A stretch of DNA of 64,000 bases from Corallochytrium limacisporum Hawaii (lineage: Eukaryota; Protista; Pluriformea). Location of the stretch: positions 124,001 through 188,000 of the forward strand of contig PDIP01000032.1 in assembly GCA_002811645.1 (NCBI GenBank), written 5' to 3'. The notes under the pieces were generated by a model. That model did not search any database, was not told where the DNA came from, and was given only the letters and a program-made list of their open reading frames with translations. The translations under genes and the position numbers were made by a program. Positions 58,157 to 64,000 of the stretch are shown here, one piece after another (position 1 is the first letter of the stretch; each line of letters starts with the position of its first letter).

Positions 58157-61100
58157 ATGGTTCAAGATCCTGACCCCGGTATAGAAGCGTCAAATGACGC
58201 TGGAGAGGCCAGTGAGGAAAAGATGCAATTGCGTCAGGCGGCGATCGATGAACTTGATGGCCAGATGCAAGGGATAGTTGACAATTATGAGCTCAAAGTA
58301 ATTGAAGCATATATTTTAGAGTCTGGAGATGATATTTTGTCGTGGCCATTGGATTCCTACAAGGCCTACGTAGCCAAGAACAGGTTGGAGAATGTCATTG
58401 GTGCGCAGGTCGTTGATCCTAATACAGGAGACTTGGCCTCGGAACTGAATGTCAAGGCCATGCTGAGACAAAGGAAGACAACAGACCAAGGAAAGGAGAC
58501 GCACAGTGTGGCCAGCGGTCTATCTGGAAGTGGTCTCGATGTCCCTTCACCTTCTGGCGACAGCGAAGCGTTCGTCCCTCACAGTGAACGCGGAGGAGGT
58601 GAAGGTGACAGTTTGACCCACCGCTTGGTACCACTGACTGAGTACATTCCTATGGAAGAAAGGGCCCCGGACGCTGCCATTGAGGATGAGATGGCCGTGG
58701 ACGAAACTGCGGATCAAAAGCACAAGCAGGCACAGCAAGGGAACATGGCCATTGTTAAAGTCAGGGAACTGCTCGATTCAACCCGAGCCCTGAGTTTACA
58801 AGCCATCACCACCGCGAAGGATCTTCCTGAGTTCGAAGCAAGTGTGCTGCAGGGCGTGCGGGCCCTACAGACCAGCGGTCGCTGGACCATCAAAAGACAC
58901 CCGAAAGTTCGTGAGCTTCCTGTATCCGCTACGTACCGCGATTTGGTCATGGAGGAAGCGCTGTGGATGTCAGAAGATTTTCGCATGGAAAGAAGGTGGA
59001 AGAAAGGACTGGCGGCAACACTGAGTCACCAGTGTGCGGAAATTGTGCGTGCAAAGAAGGAAATCGCGGCCGAACCAACACAGAAGATTCAACCAGAGAC
59101 AATCATTCCCCTCAAAATTGCCCGTATGGTGGAAAATTTCTGGAAGAATTTCGACCTGGCACCGGCCACAAGTATTGCGATGGACATCGACGATACAGAC
59201 GGAGATGAGGATGATGACAACATTCCAGTGTTTGAATTCACCAAGCACAGTGCCGAGATGTCCATGATTAATCTGGAAAGGTCACAGGAACTGATCCCAA
59301 TTGCTATGGAATCAGCCTCATCTGTCGTCACCAAAGACTCCATAATGCCTGCCAGTGAGAAAGGCAATAAGTCTGTCGTGCCTGTATACAAGGACTTGGC
59401 CACTGTGGTAAATGCCATGTTTGGCATCTTCTCATGCGGAGCAAACATCTTGCTGCGGAATGTCCCCTTTGAATGGCAGCGGCACCAGGCTATTATTCAC
59501 TATATTCAGTCTCTGGAGGAGAAAAATGGTGTGAGGGGACCTCATCTGTTTATCAGCGACCGCAACAGTGTCAACCAGTTGATCCAAAAATCCTCCGATG
59601 ACGCCGACAGTGGACTATTCATTCGCAAGGGAGCGAGTGTGAAGCACAAAGTACCGTTACAGTGCATTACTTTTGAGGAGTTGGCTCGTAAAGGCCCAGA
59701 GCTGGCCAAGACTGAGTGGGATCACATTTTTTTGGAGTCAGAGGACGAAGGACAATTCTTGGCACAGATGTTGGAGGACTGCCCGGATCTGCCCAATATT
59801 CCGAGCAAAAGGCGCTGTGTACTGTTGCGTGATAACGATGCCATGAAGAAAGATGGTCAGTTGAGCGTAGATAAGCGTGTGAAGATCCTGCAGAGTCTGT
59901 ACCTACTGCTGGCCTGTGAACCTGGCGACAAGGAGGTAAAGATTGCAGACGAAGTGAATGAAGGCATGGAGAAGACCGTCCGTCAGCAACTCCAAGCCAT
60001 TTCCTTCAATGCAGCAAGAGCCACGAAAAACCTAGGAGCTGAAATAGAGACAAGCGCCCCGGAAGAATGCGAAGTCTCTGTTGAGTTTGTTACTAACGAG
60101 CCGACGAACTGGCAGAAAGAACAGCTGCAGCTTACTAGCAAATTCTTACAGGCACGCACAGAGAAGCGTGAGATTGATCAGCGTGATTTGCTGTCATCCA
60201 TTCTCTACGCCCAAAAGGTTCTATGGTCTCCCGACGCTTCTTATCTGTCAATGCACGGGCGCCAAGAAGAAGGAATGAAACCAACCAGGAGCACGGATGC
60301 GGCATTTGCATCCCGGTGCCAGTCACTGTACGGGGAAGGACTTCAGCGTTCTGGCGCTGCCAAGACACAGAAGAAGGACTTCGATGAGGTGCAAACCGAG
60401 AGTCCAAAGCTGAAATGGCTCATGGACCATCTGTATTCTTGTATTGGCGACCGCACTGCGACCATTGTGCTCAGCAGTAATGGCACTCTACTTGAACATC
60501 TGGGAATGCTGCTGAAGGCCATTGAATTGCCACACATTGTGCTGGTTGGAAATGGCACTAAGGAAGTGCAGAAAGCAAGGATCGAGAGTTTCAACAAAGC
60601 TCAAGGCACCAAGATTCTCCTCATGCACACTGACTGCGGACCCATTGAGGAGATGACCAACATCGCCAAGGATATTGTCTGTCTCGGAATGCCAGTGGTT
60701 GACTTCGTGGCGCAACAGGCGATGGAAGCGCTATCAAACTTCTATGACTCTGCGTCGGGCGCCGTCACGGTACACCACGTGCTGTCCGAGGCCACCTTCG
60801 AAGAAGTGTACCAAAGCAAGGTGGACATCAAAGATTTGGAGTCAGGTGGACTTGCCAAAGCAGTGTTTGGCCCATACGAAGCCATCTCCCTGCTAGATCA
60901 CGATCTTCTGGCCAGCATGTTTGACAATGAGGACCAAGTGGAAGAGATTGGCACATTAATTCCGCCGTCCTCTGTGATTGCCTCCAGTCTCTCCCGTACG
61001 TACTTCCAGCTTGTAGACGATGTTACACAGCGGACACGCTACCGCCGAGAGGTTAACTTAGGACGCGAGAAGCCTTCTACTGGTGTGGACAAGCTTCCGG

Positions 61101-62911
61101 ACGGAGGTGATGGGGGCACCACCCACCGTCGCCACGTCCGGGACCTAGCACTGCAGAGTATCAAAACCTCTGGATCATCGGGCATGTTCTTTGCAGGAGC
61201 AGCTGACAAGGATGGCCACTTGGTGCCTGTCTGTGGCGGTGACTATCGTGATACTGGAGGTGATCTGCACCTATTTGCTTCACTCGGAGACGAATTGCTT
61301 AGCGCGGATGATTTTATCAATGACCCCTTCTTTGATGCCAACGATTTCTCAGCGTTAACCTTGGGCACTGCGAGTGGAAGTACTAGCGCCGCAGCTGCAT
61401 CTGGAGTGCTCAAAAGCAAGGGCGCCAATATTCCAACTTGGGCGCCCCCTACTAAATACGACATTGTCACACAAGATGGTAGTCTGCGCAATGGACTCTA
61501 CAACGAGAATTTAGTGCTCGGTCTGCAGCACACTGCCAAATTACCCAGACCTCCCAGACTGGGACGGAAGAAGAAAGAAGAAGCGGCAGCGGCAGCGGCA
61601 GCTGCGGCAGCTTCGGTTGCAGTCGAGAGTTCGATGCAGCGCACCGTCGGCGACGTGATTGAGGACTTCGATCTCATTGATTTTGGCAAGATGCTGATGC
61701 TCCCTGCGTCCTGCAACCTCGAGAAGAGCATGTCTGCCCAGAAACGGGCGCAACAGGCCAAGAAGATGCAGGATACAAAGTCTCTGCGCCTTGCCAGTCT
61801 CACGGACTGGAACGTGGAGGAAGATTACCTACTGCTGCGCAGTGTTGGCTTTGTGGCGAAGGCATTCCCGAGTCGGTCGGGTGCGTTGAACTGGGAACTG
61901 ATCGCAGAGGCGGTAAATTCGAAAACCAATTTTTATGGTCATCCACGAAGCGCTAAACAGTGTCGTGACCGCTACGAGAAGGTCATCGTACCCACCGAAC
62001 AGGGCAAGTACTACCCACTTATTCCCAGCCTACCCCAGGGAGGCAATAAGAAGAAGGACAAAGACAAGGACAAGAAGAATAAGAAGAAGGAAGCGCAGTT
62101 AAAGAAGAGGCCACGGCCTTCCACCCTCGTACAAATTGACACTGACGAAGGTAAAACTTTCCTTGACTACAAGAACCGAGTTAGCGAGGCAGTCAGAAGG
62201 GCCAGCCAGAAGCGCAAGAAGCGCAAAGGCACCCACGATGGTATCGGAGAGGTTCCCCATGACTCGCATACCACAGCTCTTCGCAACTACCGGCCAAGCG
62301 TCGGCCCTGCGGCCATGGCCCGGAATCTTCCGGCGAACGCAGGGGCCGCGAACGTCACCAGCGGGGCAGCGCCAGGCGCTCAGGGCCAGACACAGGCTGC
62401 CGCAGCAGCAATGGCCGGTAGTGCGGCTCAAAAACTGCGCCAGAGCACGTCAATGCTCAGTGGTGTTGCTGCAGGACACCCGCCCGGTCGCGCGATGCCA
62501 AACCCCGCAGCAGCTGCAGCAGCCGTGCGGGCGAGTCCCGCGGGACTCGGTGGCCCATCTGGCCTCGGTGCTCCGGACCTCAACGCCGGCGGTGCACACG
62601 GCGGTCCTGGGGCTGCTGCTGCTGCGGCGGCCGTCGGTGGTGCCGCTGGTGCAGGTGATTTGAAGCTGCCTTTCTCACAGGAACAGATGGCCAGCCTCAC
62701 TCAGCAACAGAAAATGCAATTGCTGAACCGTTTGCGTCTGAAACAGCACCAGCAGCAGCAGCAGCAGAAGCAGCAGCTCCTACAAAAGCAGCAGAGTCAG
62801 CTCACGGCGGCACAGCAGCAGGAACGACAGCGGCAGTTGCTTGCTCTTCAAAAAGAGCGCCAGCAGGCGCAGGCACAGGCGCAAGCTCAGGCGCAAGCAC
62901 AGGCGCAGGCG

Positions 62912-62978
<67 letters not shown>

Positions 62979-63808
62979 AGGCACAGGCGCAGGCACAGGC
63001 GCAGGCACAGGCACAGGCACAAGCTGCTGCTGCCCAACAGCAGCAGGCTGCAGCTGCCGGGGCTGCTGGGGGTCTGCTGGGTGCCAGTGCGGGCGATTTT
63101 GGTCTGCTCTTCGGTGCGGGCGCGGGTGCCGCGGGCAGCAGTGCCAAGGCCGCTGCTGCCGCTGCAGCTGGCCAGCAGCCCTACATGGCAGGGTCGCTGC
63201 TTCGGGGCTCTCCCGGAGCAGCTGCAGGAGGCGGCGCCACATCTGCTGATGCTGCGGCCCTGCAACAGCGCTTGCAGCAGCAGCAGGCCGCGCAGGCACA
63301 GCAGAGGGCAGCAGCAGCGGCGGCGGGCGCTGGCGCAGCTGGACAGCTACCCCCCGCGGAAGTGAGGGCTCGCCAAAAGCTGCGCACTTTGGCGCAATGG
63401 TTTGTGTCAAAGGTGCCGAACGCCAAGCCGCACGTAGCGTCGGTCATTCAACGCCAGGACATGACCACAGAGCAAAAGATTGTACAGGTTCAGAAGCTGG
63501 TTGTCCGTGCTCAAACAATGATCCGTCAGCGGCAGCAACAGGCACAGGCAGCCCAGAGACACCAACAACAACAGGCAGCGGCTGCAGCTGCGGCCGGTCC
63601 CGGCGCCGGCGCCGGTCCTGGCGGTGCCGGTGGTTTCAATCTTGGCGGCCTCGACTTCGGTATTGGTGCAAGTACTGCAGGAGCCGTCAATCCCGGCTCG
63701 GGCGCCGGCGGAGACGGCAGCAACGGTCAGGGCGGCGGTGCCACGGGCATTCCCAGCTTTGATGCGCTGCTGAGTCCGAAAGGCGGGGCCGGTGACCAAG
63801 CAAAATAA
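58157..63808 (+). CDS. EP400: p400/Domino-like NuA4/TIP60 scaffold: HSA + degenerate SNF2 ATPase + SANT + Q/A-rich tail
   Basis: HSA: EEALWMSEDFRMERRWKK. Also PTWAPPT. SANT: W.VEEDY.LL...NWELIAE.VN...RSAKQCRDRYE.VI.P.EQGK. SNF2 remnants lie between HSA and SANT. First ATG is at 58157. Confidence 0.85.
62864..63026 (+). repeat. Coding hexamer repeat (CAGGCR)n encoding poly(Gln-Ala)
   Basis: Roughly 27 QA units with an uninterrupted CAGGCA core. Confidence 0.95.
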
Positions 63809-64000
63809 AAAATGAACACAACACATTCAAGAGAAATCTATGAAAGTCATGTGCTGAAGCCAATTTATGGATTCTTGATGTTTCTTTAGTGAAGGCTGCT
63901 TAGTTGATGAGCTTGTGCTACTCCGTGAGGCCTGCTCAGTGGATAGCTATTCATTTGAATTGCTCAAAATCGGACGGCTTGAGCCCGATTTGCTCATCAG

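Noticed and set aside
62780-63410. Repetitive ORFs (poly-CL, VP, HR, AC)
   Set aside because: These are alternative frames of the CAGGCA repeat.

Overview
Compact, almost intron-free eukaryotic nuclear DNA with about 23 protein-coding loci, one tRNA-Thr(AGT) and three assembly gaps. No mobile element, rRNA or CRISPR array was recognised. All protein identities come from motifs recalled from known families, not from database searches. The gene content includes an MNT/Mxd-like bHLH-ZIP, a tandem two-finger GATA factor, a p400-like scaffold, ARL13B, Munc18 and a mitochondrially targeted pyruvate carboxylase. Together with the near-absence of introns, this suggests a unicellular relative of animals, possibly Corallochytrium-like (inference only). 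The most notable signals are: (1) a full-length ciliary ARL13B reading frame broken by three in-frame stops with no frameshift, and a nearby gene with one in-frame TGA, which points either to recent gene decay (cilium loss) or to a stop-recoding/editing system; (2) a p400/Domino orthologue whose SNF2 ATPase survives only as a motif-dead pseudo-enzyme; (3) a DysF + EDR2_C(DUF1336) fusion protein; (4) C(n)G(n) homopolymer palindromes in the long divergent intergenic regions.
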